Origin: an uncultured delta proteobacterium
GTDB lineage: Bacteria; Desulfobacterota; Zymogenia; Zymogenales; Zymogenaceae
Length of the DNA: 64,000 nucleotides
Assembly (NCBI GenBank): GCA_963735595.1
Contig: CAVTLK010000004.1
Coordinates: forward strand, 448,001 to 512,000
Direction: 5' to 3'
Shown here: one piece after another, positions 50,776 through 61,201 of the stretch
Layout of the letters: each line of letters begins with the position of its first letter
How positions within the stretch are numbered: the stretch's first letter is position 1
Notes under the pieces: model-generated
Seen by the model: the letters and a program-made list of their open reading frames with translations, nothing else
Databases searched by the model: none
What the model was told of the DNA's origin: nothing
Position numbers and translations under genes: made by a program

Positions 50776-53700
50776 GGACGAGAAGCAGCCCTTCGGGCTG
50801 GCCGGGGGGGTAAATACGGCGGTCATCGCCGGGGCGGGCACGGGCAAGACCACCCGGCTGATCGGGGAGATCATCGCCTTGATCGAGCGCCGCGGCGTGC
50901 CCATCGAGCGGGTCCTGGCCGTTACCTTCTCCGAGTCGGCCGCCGCCGATATGAAGGAAAAACTAAGGGACAAGCTCTTTGAGAGTTTTACCGAGACCGG
51001 CGATCATCGGTTCCTGACGGCCGTTTCTTCGCTTCCCCGGGCACAGATCAGCACGATACACTCGCTGGCCCGCAGGATACTGGTGGAAAATCCCTTCGAG
51101 GCGGGGATCGACCCCGAATTCACCATCCAGGAAGAGTCATCGGATGTCCTGCTGACCGACGAGATCTGGCGGCTGTGGGCAAAACAGGTATTCTGGGGCG
51201 GAACCGAATTTGACGATGACCTGATGATGCTCCTTGGCCACATGAGCGTCGAGGGTCTCAAGAAGGCCGCCCTGACCCTGGCCTCCCGCCCCGACCGCCT
51301 CGAAAACTATGGATCGCTCAGGATCGATCCCGGGGTCGAGAAGGAGCGTGTCGAACAAAAACTCCGCGAGCTTTCGGAAACGCTTTCGGGGATCGACCCT
51401 TCCGCCGACGACGGGGACCCCCTGTATAAGAGATTGCTCCGCGTCAGGGAGATACTCGCGCTCCGTGATCTCACGGCGATTTGCGAAGCGCTCAAACAAA
51501 CGTCCTTCAGGAGATCGGGCGGAACACCGAAGAGATGGCGCGATCCCGGGCAGTTTGAGACCGTGAAACGGCTCATCGACGGGCCGGGCGGCGCGATCGA
51601 TACCCTCAAGGAGGCGGAGACCTTTCCCCGGGCGCTCGAACAGGATGCGGTTGTCCAAACCGCGATCCGCGTGATCTCCAATTTTGTCGATTTCTTCCGG
51701 GCCGAAAAGCGGCGGCGCGGCATACTCTCGTTCTTCGACCTGATCTGGGAAGCAAAGCTGCTCCTCGAACGGGACCGTTCCATCCGGAGGCGGTACCAGA
51801 ATGAATTCGACTATGTACTCGTGGACGAGTTTCAGGATATCGACCCGATCCTCGGAGACATCGTCCTTCTCCTTGCCGAAGACGGCGCGGTATCCCGGCG
51901 GCCGCACGAGGTCCGGCTGAAGCCGGGAAAGCTCTTTATTGTCGGGGACCCAAAGCAATCGATCTACCGCTTTCGGGAGGCCGATATCGGGGTCTTCTTT
52001 TCGGTTATGAGAAGGATCGAGGAATCGGGAGGACGGATCGACCGGCTCGGGCACAACTACCGGAGCCAGCGGCACCTCATCGCCTTCCAGAACGCCTTTT
52101 TTGACGACTATATACGCCACATGGACGATCCCTATACCATCCGGTACGACGCGCTTGACGCGATCGTTTCGGACGCCGCCGCGGCCGACCGCGCTCCCGC
52201 CGTCCGGATTGTCGATTCTGATCCCGGTTGCGTAATGTCGGCCGAGGAGGTCCGGCGGGCGGAGGCTGATTTCATCGCCCGGGAGATATGGGAGATGGTT
52301 GAGGAAAGGGTGGAGGGCAGGGTTATCCGAAGCAGCCGGGGCGGCGCCCCCGGGCAATACCGGGATATCGAGTACCGGGATATCGCCGTCCTGTTCCGGT
52401 CGCTGGGGGTATCTTCCTTCTACGAGGAGGCGTTCAAACGGTCAGGTATCCCCTATTTCGTCGTAGGGGGCAGAGGGTACTTCCAGCGCCAGGAGATCTA
52501 CGACATTGCCAATATCCTCAGGGCGGTCTTCAAACCCGCCGACCGTCGGTCGCTCGTCGGCGCATTGAGGAGCCCCGCCTTCGGTATCGACGACCTGACC
52601 CTCTATGAGGCCGCCCGGGGCGGAGCGCTGTCCTACCTGGCCGAAGGGAAGGAGGGTCCGGCGGGTGAGGCATTAGCGGCACTGAGGCGCCTTCACGCCT
52701 CGGCCTTTCGGCTGAGCCTTTCCGAGCTCCTCACGGAGATCTATCGGTCCATCCCGATCGTCGAGGTGAACGCCTTCGGTCCCGGGGGGGCGCAGCGGGT
52801 CGGCAATCTCATGAAGATCCAGGAGACCGCCCGCGCCCTCGAATCGAAGGGGCCGCTGACGCTGCCGGCCTTCCTGAAGCTGCTCACGGCGCTCTCCCTC
52901 GAGCGCGAGGACGAGGCGGAGGCCGTGGTGACGGAGGAGGGGAAAAACGCCGTGCGCATCATGACGATCCACGCCGCCAAGGGGCTCGAGTTCCCGGTCG
53001 TGTTCGTCGTCGACCTGGGCAGGGAAAAGAGGCAGTGGGACCGGGAGGGAGTATTCGTCGACCGGTCGGGTTCTGCCGTCTCGGGCGCCCGGCTGGGCCC
53101 CGCGGCCGATTTCGGCTACGCCGCGATCCGCGCCCGCGAGGACCGGAGGTTCGCGGCCGAGGAACGGAGGCTCCTCTATGTCGCCGCGACCCGGGCGCGG
53201 GACCGTCTGATACTGGTCGGCTCCGGGAAGGAAAAGACCGGCCACCAACGTGCGCTGTTGGAGTTCGCGGCTTCCCCCGTTAACGGTGATCGGCCGCCGG
53301 TGACTCCGGGGGGAATCGACCATACGGGGGATGGGAAATACTCGGTCGTGAAACGGCCGGCTCATATCAGTGGCCTCTTCTCGGGTCCTGCAGACCCAAC
53401 CCCCCTTGAGCAGGCCCGCAAGGCAGAGGCCGGTCGGAGCGCCGAGTACGAACGGGCGGTCAACCGAAAGTTCTTCGGCTCTGTCACCGGGGGAAAAGAC
53501 CAACAGCCGCAGACGGTAGGCCCGGCCGTTGCCTCCGATCCCGAGGGGATCGGCAGGCTCGTCGGCACGCTCGTCCACGAGGTGCTGTCTGTCGTCGACC
53601 TCCAGGGCGGCGGCCTTCCCGTCGGGCTCATCGAGCGCGCGGCGGCCGGAATGGGCCTTGCCGCCGATGTTGCCGAGTCAGTCATTGGCGAGGCGAGGCC

Positions 53701-54025
53701 TCTTGTCGATCAATTCCTCGGCTCCAGGATGGTAAAGGAGATCGGATCGTCGCGCATTATCGGGAGGGAAGTCCCCGTCCTGGCGAGCAGGGACGGGGTG
53801 ACATTGACCGGGCGGGTCGACATTATTTACGAAACACCGGGTGCAATCGTCGTGTTGGACTACAAGACCGACAGAGTAAGCCCGGAAACCGCGGCCGATG
53901 CGGCCCTCCGCTATAAGGATCAGATCAGAGCCTATGTCGAAACCTTGACAAATGCGGTCAAGCCTGATACATTTGTTAAGGGTGGTGTCTATTTTATCCG
54001 TCCGGGAGTTTTCGTCCAGCTTTAG
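50753..54025 (+). CDS. addA: AddA-like UvrD helicase/nuclease (start 50753 or 50765)
   Basis: AGAGTGKT, STIHS, VDEFQD, VGDPKQSIYRFR, TIHAAKGLEF, LYVAATRA and GRVD...DYKTD motifs. Confidence 0.9.
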   Translation: MTIPMSHKDEKQPFGLAGGVNTAVIAGAGTGKTTRLIGEIIALIERRGVPIERVLAVTFSESAAADMKEKLRDKLFESFTETGDHRFLTAVSSLPRAQISTIHSLARRILVENPFEAGIDPEFTIQEESSDVLLTDEIWRLWAKQVFWGGTEFDDDLMMLLGHMSVEGLKKAALTLASRPDRLENYGSLRIDPGVEKERVEQKLRELSETLSGIDPSADDGDPLYKRLLRVREILALRDLTAICEALKQTSFRRSGGTPKRWRDPGQFETVKRLIDGPGGAIDTLKEAETFPRALEQDAVVQTAIRVISNFVDFFRAEKRRRGILSFFDLIWEAKLLLERDRSIRRRYQNEFDYVLVDEFQDIDPILGDIVLLLAEDGAVSRRPHEVRLKPGKLFIVGDPKQSIYRFREADIGVFFSVMRRIEESGGRIDRLGHNYRSQRHLIAFQNAFFDDYIRHMDDPYTIRYDALDAIVSDAAAADRAPAVRIVDSDPGCVMSAEEVRRAEADFIAREIWEMVEERVEGRVIRSSRGGAPGQYRDIEYRDIAVLFRSLGVSSFYEEAFKRSGIPYFVVGGRGYFQRQEIYDIANILRAVFKPADRRSLVGALRSPAFGIDDLTLYEAARGGALSYLAEGKEGPAGEALAALRRLHASAFRLSLSELLTEIYRSIPIVEVNAFGPGGAQRVGNLMKIQETARALESKGPLTLPAFLKLLTALSLEREDEAEAVVTEEGKNAVRIMTIHAAKGLEFPVVFVVDLGREKRQWDREGVFVDRSGSAVSGARLGPAADFGYAAIRAREDRRFAAEERRLLYVAATRARDRLILVGSGKEKTGHQRALLEFAASPVNGDRPPVTPGGIDHTGDGKYSVVKRPAHISGLFSGPADPTPLEQARKAEAGRSAEYERAVNRKFFGSVTGGKDQQPQTVGPAVASDPEGIGRLVGTLVHEVLSVVDLQGGGLPVGLIERAAAGMGLAADVAESVIGEARPLVDQFLGSRMVKEIGSSRIIGREVPVLASRDGVTLTGRVDIIYETPGAIVVLDYKTDRVSPETAADAALRYKDQIRAYVETLTNAVKPDTFVKGGVYFIRPGVFVQL

Positions 54026-54115
54026 CGCATCACCACGCATCACCACAGCGAGAGAATAAGCCCACCGCGAAAAACGCCCCCCACTATGCGCATAGTCCCT
54101 ATGCAGGAGTACGCT

Positions 54116-55258
54116 ATGAAGAAACTGATCGTATTTTCCCTGACTGCCGTATTGCTGGTTTTTGCTCTCAACTGCCTTGCCGCGGAAACGAAATACATCT
54201 CGGGGGAATCCTACCTCCTCAAGCAGGGTGAGACCGTGGACGGCGACCTGTTCGTCTCCGCCAGCTCCATCCGGATCGAGGGGGTCGTCACGGGGGAGGC
54301 GTTCCTCTTCGGAAGCTCCGTAACGGTGCCCGGGGAGATTGCCGGGGATGCCTTTGTGATCGGCGACAACGTGGACCTCTCCGGCCACTTCGTGACCGAC
54401 GTGAGGGTGCTCGGAAACAGCGTCGACCTGACCGGAACCTTTGACGGCGAGATAAGCGCGGCCGGACGGCACGTCGAGATCACGGGGACGGTTGCGGGCG
54501 TGGTAAACGCGGCCGGCGAGACCGTGAACGCCGGGGGGGCGTTCGCCGACAAGGTAAACATCCACGCGAGGAGGGCCCAGCTGTTACCGGACGCGCGGTT
54601 TGCCAAGGATGTTTCCGTCACGGCCGAGGAATTCATTAAGGCCGACTCCGTGGTAATCGCCGGAAAGCTCAACCAGCTCGTTGGCGAGGGGCTCGCCCGC
54701 GTAAAGGAAAAGGAAGAAGCGGCCGGGTGCTGGGTGGCCCCCATCTTCTGGTTACTCACGCTGTGCGGGATCATCGTCGCCGGCCTCGTCATGCGGGCGC
54801 TCTTCCCGAATCTCGTGGGGAAGGCGGCGGAGCAGGTCTATCACCATCCCCTCCAGGACCTCGGGTGGGGCGTGCTGACGCTGGTGCTTGCGCCTATCTT
54901 TATCCTGCTCCTTGTCGCGACGCTCATCGGGATACCGCTGGCGCTCCTCGTGATCCTGGTCCTCATCGCCGGGCTCTATCTCGGCAAGCTCTTCGTGGCC
55001 GTGGCCGCGGGCGGATTCGTACTGTCCCGCCTGTCCAAGAAGGAGACGTCCTTCTGGGTGAGGCTGGTCGTCGGGGCGCTGCTGGTCTACCTGATCCTGG
55101 CGATACCGGTCCTCGGATGGTTCCTGGCGGTCCTCGTCTACTGTCTCGGCGTGGGGGCCATCGTGAACCTCTTCGTGACATCGCGAAAGAGGCCCGCGCC
55201 CGCGCCGACGAAGGCCCGCGTTGCCACGACCCGTGCGCCCAAAAAACCGGGCGCGTAG
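54116..55258 (+). CDS. polymer-forming (bactofilin-like beta-helix) membrane protein
   Basis: Signal peptide, repeated I/V-x-G-x-V-x-G-D/E units and several C-terminal TMs. Confidence 0.75.
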   Translation: MKKLIVFSLTAVLLVFALNCLAAETKYISGESYLLKQGETVDGDLFVSASSIRIEGVVTGEAFLFGSSVTVPGEIAGDAFVIGDNVDLSGHFVTDVRVLGNSVDLTGTFDGEISAAGRHVEITGTVAGVVNAAGETVNAGGAFADKVNIHARRAQLLPDARFAKDVSVTAEEFIKADSVVIAGKLNQLVGEGLARVKEKEEAAGCWVAPIFWLLTLCGIIVAGLVMRALFPNLVGKAAEQVYHHPLQDLGWGVLTLVLAPIFILLLVATLIGIPLALLVILVLIAGLYLGKLFVAVAAGGFVLSRLSKKETSFWVRLVVGALLVYLILAIPVLGWFLAVLVYCLGVGAIVNLFVTSRKRPAPAPTKARVATTRAPKKPGA

Positions 55259-55286
55259 TTCCTTGTAATTTAAGAGATATAACGCC

Positions 55287-55312
55287 GACGGGGGTGATTG
55301 ATCACCCCCGTT
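55287..55312. repeat. REP-like palindrome, copy 1
   Basis: GACGGGGGTGATTGATCACCCCCGTT. Confidence 0.85.
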
Positions 55313-55350
55313 CAGACTGCTGCCAAACCCTATTGCATCAATATGAGTAC

Positions 55351-55472
55351 TGTCATTGCGAGGGAGCGTCAGCGACCGTGGCAATCTCGGACGCTGTAAC
55401 TACCAAAAATCACGTTAGTATATAGAACAGTGTCCGAGATCGCCACGCCCCCTTCGGGGGCTCGCGATGACA
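55351..55472. repeat. palindromic MITE/REP-like element
   Basis: TGTCATTGCGAG...CTCGCGATGACA outer arms; CGTGGCAATCTCGGACGCTGT / ACAGTGTCCGAGATCGCCACG inner arms. Confidence 0.8.
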
Positions 55473-55504
55473 ATCCTTTGGGATTTTTACTTTATCAATA
55501 CACT

Positions 55505-55530
55505 GACGGGGGTGATTGATCACCCCCGTT
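55505..55530. repeat. REP-like palindrome, copy 2 (identical, same orientation)
   Basis: GACGGGGGTGATTGATCACCCCCGTT. Confidence 0.85.
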
Positions 55531-55606
55531 GTTTTTCAGCGTCTTCCGGGCGTTGCACCCCCGGCCATGTCCTACCTGTTAAGGGGAGAAACCGCCTACC
55601 AGTCAG

Positions 55607-56905
55607 TTACGGATATATCCGCCCCATCATCCGCGGAAACGGGATGGCCTCCCGCAGGTGTTCAAGCCCGCAGATCCAGGCCACCGTCCGCTCTATCCCC
55701 AGCCCGAACCCGGAGTGTACTACCGAGCCGTATTTCCTCAGCTCGAGATACCAGCCGTATGCCTCTTCCGGCAGCCCCTCCTCCCGAATCCGGCTCAGCA
55801 GCCGCTCATAGTCGTCTTCACGCTGGGAGCCGCCGATGATCTCGCCGTATCCCTCGGGGGCAAGGAGGTCGGCGCAGAGAACCACGTCTTCCCGCTCGGG
55901 GTGGGCCTTCATGTAGAAGGCCTTCGCCTTTTTCGGGTAATTGATCACGAAGACCGGGCGGTCGAACAACGACGTCAGGACCGTCTCGTCCTCGCCGGTG
56001 AGGTCCTCCCCCCAGACGGCGGGCCTTCCCTTGTCCTTGAGGAGCCGAATCGCGTCGTCATAGGAGATCCGGTCGAAGGGCGCCCTCACGGTCTCCAGGG
56101 GCTTTGTATCACGATCGAGCCTCGCGAGGTCTTCGGCACGGTGTTCGAGGACCCGTCCGACGATATACGAGACGAACTGCTCCTGGAGCCCGATGTTATC
56201 CTCGTTGTCATAGAAGGCTTCCTCGGCTTCCACCATCCAGAACTCAGTGAGGTGGCGGCGGGTCTTGGACTTTTCCGCCCGGAAGGTGGGGCCGAAGCAG
56301 AAGACCTTCTCGAAGGCATAAATCGCCGCTTCGAGGTAGAGCTGGCCCGTCTGGGAGAGGTAGGCCTTGCCGAGGTCAAAGTAGTCGGTGGCAAATAACG
56401 TCCCGGCGCTCTCGCCGATAGCGCCCGTGAGGATGGGGCTGTCGATGTTGATGAAGTCGCGCTCGAAGAAGAAATCCCGGATCGCCCGGATCACCTCGTC
56501 GCGTATTCGCAGGATCGAAAGCTGCCTGCGGGACCTGATCCAGAGATGACGGTTTGAGAGGAGAAAGTCGATGCCGTGGGACTTCGGGCTGATGGGAAAA
56601 TCGACGGAGTCGGATATGACGGCGAGGCTGTCGACGGTAAGCTCCACGCCGCCGGGGGATCGGGGCTCTGAGCGCACCGTCCCGGATATCGTCAGGGCAG
56701 ATTCCTGGCCGATGTGCCCGGCCAGGGCGAAGGCCTCGTCGCCTACGCGCTGGTGCTCCACGACGCACTGCACGATCCCGCTCCCGTCCCGAACGACCAG
56801 AAACCGGACGTTGCCCGTCCCCCGGGTGTTCATCAGCCAGCCGTGAATCGTGACAGTCGTGCCGACATTCTCCGCAAGCGTTCTGATAGGCGTATGGTTC
56901 AGCAT
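55607..56905 (-). CDS. asnS: asparagine--tRNA ligase
   Basis: FLVVRDGSG, RHLWIRS, YLSQTGQLY, FRAEKSKTRRHLTEFWM and GFGLGIER motifs. Confidence 0.95.
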   Translation of the reverse strand: MLNHTPIRTLAENVGTTVTIHGWLMNTRGTGNVRFLVVRDGSGIVQCVVEHQRVGDEAFALAGHIGQESALTISGTVRSEPRSPGGVELTVDSLAVISDSVDFPISPKSHGIDFLLSNRHLWIRSRRQLSILRIRDEVIRAIRDFFFERDFINIDSPILTGAIGESAGTLFATDYFDLGKAYLSQTGQLYLEAAIYAFEKVFCFGPTFRAEKSKTRRHLTEFWMVEAEEAFYDNEDNIGLQEQFVSYIVGRVLEHRAEDLARLDRDTKPLETVRAPFDRISYDDAIRLLKDKGRPAVWGEDLTGEDETVLTSLFDRPVFVINYPKKAKAFYMKAHPEREDVVLCADLLAPEGYGEIIGGSQREDDYERLLSRIREEGLPEEAYGWYLELRKYGSVVHSGFGLGIERTVAWICGLEHLREAIPFPRMMGRIYP

Positions 56906-56982
56906 GGGGTTCTCCTCGTAACTGGAGAGATTATAGAAAAAGCCGCGGACAAAATCAAGAAACAAATCCCCAACTAAGTTGT

Positions 56983-57011
56983 TTGACATGGGGGCCGTCC
57001 TTTGATAGAGT
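56983..57011 (+). promoter_or_regulatory. sigma-70 promoter of the two-component operon
   Basis: TTGACA-N17-TAGAGT. Confidence 0.65.
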
Positions 57012-57076
57012 AAGTGCCGTTTCTTTTCGATTACCGGGCGTTGATTTTTCCTTTATCAAAAATGCGGAGAGCAGTC

Positions 57077-58202
57077 ATGGCGCAAAAGGCCGGCGGCCGG
57101 CGGCTATCCAACGAGTCGGAAAAACTTACGAAATCCCTCGAAGATCTGGGTAACTTTACCGAGAGCATCGTCGAGATCGTCCAGGACGGGCTGATCACCG
57201 TCGATGATAGCGGTAAGATCCTCTATTTCAACTCGGCGGCCCAGGATATCCTCGGGTATGATCGGAAGCGGGTGATCGGAAAGAATATCGGCACGATCTT
57301 CGGCAAAGAAGACGTCGAGCGAATACTCGCGGGGCGGTTTCGGGCGGGCGAGGCACGGGTAGGTAAGGAGACGACGGTCAAGAAATCCAACGGCGATATG
57401 ATCTCCATCGGGACGAGCACCGCCATCTTTAGCGACAAGGACGGAAACATCCAGGGGCATATTATTACCTTCAAGGACCTCACCGAGATTCACCGGATGC
57501 AGGAGGAGATCCTCAGGATGGACCGCCTGGCCTCCCTCGGCGAGATATCGTCCGGCATTGCCCATGAAATACGCAATCCGCTGGCCGCCATCAAGACAAC
57601 CGCCCAGGCCCTGGAAGAAGAGATGGAGCCGGAAGACCCCAAGCGGGAATTCCTCTCCCGGATTGTAAAAGAGATCGACCGCCTCGATACCATGTTGAGG
57701 ACCTTCTTCTCCTTTGCCAAGCCGAAACGGCCGATGTACATCCGCTGCGACATCAGGGACGTCGTCAAGGAGGTACTCCTGCTGCTCGGCAAAGACATCA
57801 CGAAGAATAAGATCGAGATCGTTGAAAAGTACGCCCCGGATTTACCGGCGGTCCACGGCGATTTCCAGCAGCTGCAGCAGGTTTTCCTCAACCTCTTGCT
57901 CAACTCGGTCGAGTTCATGGAACCGGGCCGCGAGAAAAAGATCTTTATCACCGCGTGGGGAAAGAAAGACAGCCATAAGAAACGAGTTTTAGAGATTTCC
58001 CTTACCGATACCGGCGCGGGTATTGACGACGAGCATATCAATAAAATCTTCGATCCCATTCTTTACCACAACCGCCAAGGGGACCGGCCTGGGCCTCTCG
58101 ATTACGTACCGCATTATCCAGAGGCACGGCGGGTCCATCACGGTAAAGAGCAAATTGGGCCAGGGCACGACGTTTATTATCAATCTACCAACGATCGACT
58201 GA
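57077..58202 (+). CDS. PAS sensor histidine kinase, +1 frameshift at 58055-58057
   Basis: [17 protein letters not shown] and DTGAG motifs; deleting one C restores [22 protein letters not shown]...HGG to stop 58202. Confidence 0.9.
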
Positions 58203-58203
58203 T

Positions 58204-59556
58204 ATGACGGTAAAGCCGCGGGTTCTTATAGTCGAGGACGATTCGCTGGTGGCCGATTCCATCGGCCGCGTCCTTATCAGACAGGGATATGACGCGTCGG
58301 CCGTCTCGCAGGGATCGGAGGCAAGAAAGATCCTTGAAGAGAGCGCCGTACACCTGGTGATCCTCGATATTCGCCTGCCCGACATGAACGGCCTGGACCT
58401 GCTGCGGGCGATTCGTGAGGTCGAGCCGGATATCCCGGTGATCGTCATGACCGCCTATACGGACGTGAAGGTTGCAGTGGACGCCATGAAGGCGGGGGCC
58501 ACGGACTACCTCCAGAAGCCGTTTGAGCTTGACGAGCTTAAGGTTATCGTCTCACGGGCGCTCGAAAATTCGCGGCTCAAGGTGCAGCTTACGACCCTGA
58601 AACGAGAGCGCCAGAAGGAGACCCACGATATTGTCGGGACAAGCCCCCAGATATCGGCGGTCAGAGAGCTTATCTCTATTGTGGCCAAGACCCCCCGCAC
58701 CCCGGTACTGGTCACGGGAGAAAGCGGGACGGGAAAGGAGCTGGTAGCCGACGCCATCCACCGGGCGTCGGACCGGGCGGACTGGCCCATGATCAAGATA
58801 AACGTGAGTGCCATCCCCGAGCACCTCATCGAGTCGGAGTTCTTTGGGTATAAAAAGGGGGCCTTTACCGACGCAAAAGAGAACAAAAAGGGACTCTTTG
58901 AGCTGGCTGCCGCGGGTACCCTGTTTCTGGACGAAATCGCGGAGATGAAGCTCTTGCTTCAACCGAAGCTTCTCCGTTTCCTTGAGACGCAAACCTTTAA
59001 TCCGGTCGGAGGTGTGAAGGAAATTGCGGTGGACGTCCGCGTTATCGCGGCCACCAACAAGGACCTCAACCGTCTGGTGGCCGAGGGCAAGTTTCGGGAC
59101 GATCTCTACTATCGCCTCAAGGTTATGGTGATCGAGATGCCGGCGCTGCGTGAGCGCAAGCAGGATATCGAGCTGCTCATCAAGCTCTTTCTCGCAAAGG
59201 CCAACGGGGAGCTGCGCAAGAGCGTCCGGTCTGTCTCGCGGGAGGCTATGGGTATCCTGATGGAGTACGACTGGCCGGGTAACGTCCGTGAGCTGAAAAA
59301 TATGATCGAGAGGGCCGTTATCCTGACCGAGACGGACACGGTGGAGGTATCGGCCCTTCCTATGGAGCTTGTACGGGATACGTCCGTGTTGGGACTGAGG
59401 CAGATCAAGACGCTGGCAGATCAGGAGCGGGACTATATTGTACGGGTTCTCGTATCGGTCTCGGGCAACCGATCCGAGGCGGCACGGCTTCTGGGAATAT
59501 CCCGATCGACGTTGATCGAGAAGATCAAGCGGTACCGGATTGAAAGCGGTGTATGA
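58204..59556 (+). CDS. sigma-54-dependent response regulator (NtrC/AtoC family)
   Basis: REC domain, GESGTGKE, GAFTDA, LFLDEI, WPGNVREL and Fis-type HTH. Confidence 0.95.
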   Translation: MTVKPRVLIVEDDSLVADSIGRVLIRQGYDASAVSQGSEARKILEESAVHLVILDIRLPDMNGLDLLRAIREVEPDIPVIVMTAYTDVKVAVDAMKAGATDYLQKPFELDELKVIVSRALENSRLKVQLTTLKRERQKETHDIVGTSPQISAVRELISIVAKTPRTPVLVTGESGTGKELVADAIHRASDRADWPMIKINVSAIPEHLIESEFFGYKKGAFTDAKENKKGLFELAAAGTLFLDEIAEMKLLLQPKLLRFLETQTFNPVGGVKEIAVDVRVIAATNKDLNRLVAEGKFRDDLYYRLKVMVIEMPALRERKQDIELLIKLFLAKANGELRKSVRSVSREAMGILMEYDWPGNVRELKNMIERAVILTETDTVEVSALPMELVRDTSVLGLRQIKTLADQERDYIVRVLVSVSGNRSEAARLLGISRSTLIEKIKRYRIESGV

Positions 59557-59703
59557 TTATAGGACACCCGAAGTGTACGATATTCGGTCACCTTATCAAA
59601 CTCACTTCCGGATAAGGTGCGAACAATTGTTATCATGCCACGTATTATACCGGATTTATTAGTATTTTCTTTAAGGGCCTCCGGGCCAATACGATGCCCG
59701 GCT

Positions 59704-59719
59704 TGGCACTCATCTTGCA
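59704..59719 (+). promoter_or_regulatory. sigma-54 -24/-12 promoter
   Basis: TGGCAC-TCATC-TTGCA, 28 bp upstream of ATG 59747. Confidence 0.8.
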
Positions 59720-59746
59720 ACTAACATTTATAGAGAGGAGCTTTCG

Positions 59747-60664
59747 ATGGCTGATATAGATAAAATTCTCATCGTCGATGACGAGGAAACGCTCACTTGG
59801 AGCATGTCAAAAAGCCTCTCCAAGGATAAGGATAAGTTCGAGGTAATCGTTGCCAACAGTGGGGAAGACGCCCTTAAGGTACTGGAGAAGGAAAGAATCA
59901 GGCTTGTAATCACCGATATCAGGATGCCCGGTATCTCCGGCCTGGATCTCCTCTCCAAAGTCCGCCGGGAATATCCCGATGTGAAGGTCATTATCATGAC
60001 CGCATACGGATCACCCGACGTTCAGAAGGACGCAAACGTCAGGGGATCGCTCTACTACATCGAAAAGCCGTTTGAGATAAAGGAAATCAGGGAGATGATT
60101 TTGGATTCTCTCAAGGACGAGCGAAAAGGATTCGAGGGACAGCTTCAAGACCTGCTCTTGACCGACGTCATCCAGATGAATTGTCTCGGCAAGGCCCACG
60201 CGTCCCTGACTATCAGGAGCGGCGCCCGGGAAGGAAAGATCTATTTCAAAGACGGCAATATCATACATTCCGAGACCGGCGATATAACGGGTGAAGAGGC
60301 CTTCTACCAGATACTTACCTGGCCCGAGGGAACGTTTTTGGCCAAACGAAATGAGTCCCCCAAGAAGCGCACGATCACCAGCGACTGGCAGTTCCTCATC
60401 ATGGAAGGACTGAGAATCGCCGACGAGGCCTCTCGAACCTCGCACGAGACCGGGGGGGCGGCAGGAAAGATCAGCGAAGAGGTCAAGGAAGATTTTTTTA
60501 TCCACTTTGACCAGGGTTTTCAGTTTCTCCGTGAAAACAAATATAGTAAGGCGCGGAAAGAGTGGGAAAGGGCCCTCGAGATTCAGCCGGATAATGAGAT
60601 GGTAAAGTTTAATCTCAAGAAACTGGCCGAACGGGAAGAGAAGGCCAAGCAGAAGACTGACTGA
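59747..60664 (+). CDS. response regulator with DUF4388 (PATAN-like) domain and C-terminal TPR
   Basis: REC domain; GFEGQLQDLLLTDVIQM...GKIYFKDGNIIHS...GEEAFYQILTW; WERALEIQPDN. Confidence 0.88.
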   Translation: MADIDKILIVDDEETLTWSMSKSLSKDKDKFEVIVANSGEDALKVLEKERIRLVITDIRMPGISGLDLLSKVRREYPDVKVIIMTAYGSPDVQKDANVRGSLYYIEKPFEIKEIREMILDSLKDERKGFEGQLQDLLLTDVIQMNCLGKAHASLTIRSGAREGKIYFKDGNIIHSETGDITGEEAFYQILTWPEGTFLAKRNESPKKRTITSDWQFLIMEGLRIADEASRTSHETGGAAGKISEEVKEDFFIHFDQGFQFLRENKYSKARKEWERALEIQPDNEMVKFNLKKLAEREEKAKQKTD

Positions 60665-60728
60665 AGCGGGACATCCCGCTTGAAACACGATATTTAGTTC
60701 GTGAGATACGACTTAAAAGGAGGCAAAT

Positions 60729-61097
60729 ATGGCCAGCAGGACCGAATCGATGACGAAGATATTGAAAGAACTGCAGAAAGGGACACCCGATATTGAGGCG
60801 TCGGCCATCGTGAGTGTCGACGGCCTGATCATGGCGTCGGCGCTCCCCCAGGACGTGGAAGAAGACCGTGTCGCGGCGATGAGCGCGGCGATGCTCTCCC
60901 TTGGCGAGCGTACCGCTCAGGAGCTCAACCGGGGAAAACTCGACCAGGTCTTTATTCACGGGGTAGACGGCTACGTGCTGCTGATGAACGCGGGCGAGGA
61001 CGCCGTGTTGACCACCCTGGTTACCAAGGATGCAAAACTGGGGCTTATCTTCCTGGACATGAAACGTGCAGTAGACGAGCTGGAAAAACTGGTCTAA
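60729..61097 (+). CDS. roadblock/LC7 (MglB-like) protein
   Basis: IEASAIVSVDGL, EEDRVAAMSAAMLSLGER and KLGLIFLDM motifs. Confidence 0.92.
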   Translation: MASRTESMTKILKELQKGTPDIEASAIVSVDGLIMASALPQDVEEDRVAAMSAAMLSLGERTAQELNRGKLDQVFIHGVDGYVLLMNAGEDAVLTTLVTKDAKLGLIFLDMKRAVDELEKLV

Positions 61098-61201
61098 TTT
61101 CCCATCCGATGGGACTATCGGGCACGGTTATTCCGTCCCCGTCAGGATCGGCAACCGGGCGTGTACCGATCGAGTTCACAATACGGCGCGGATACGCGCA
61201 T

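Noticed and set aside
47605..54025. Helicase + Fe-S PD-(D/E)XK nuclease as a defence system or Cas3/Cas4
   Set aside because: Motifs, sizes, order and host-like GC fit housekeeping AddAB.
54026..54046. 10-bp tandem duplication CGCATCACCA after addA
   Set aside because: Too short and only two copies; no functional inference possible.
55287..55530. Possible mini CRISPR array
   Set aside because: Only two repeats, the interval is about 190 bp, and there are no cas genes in the window.
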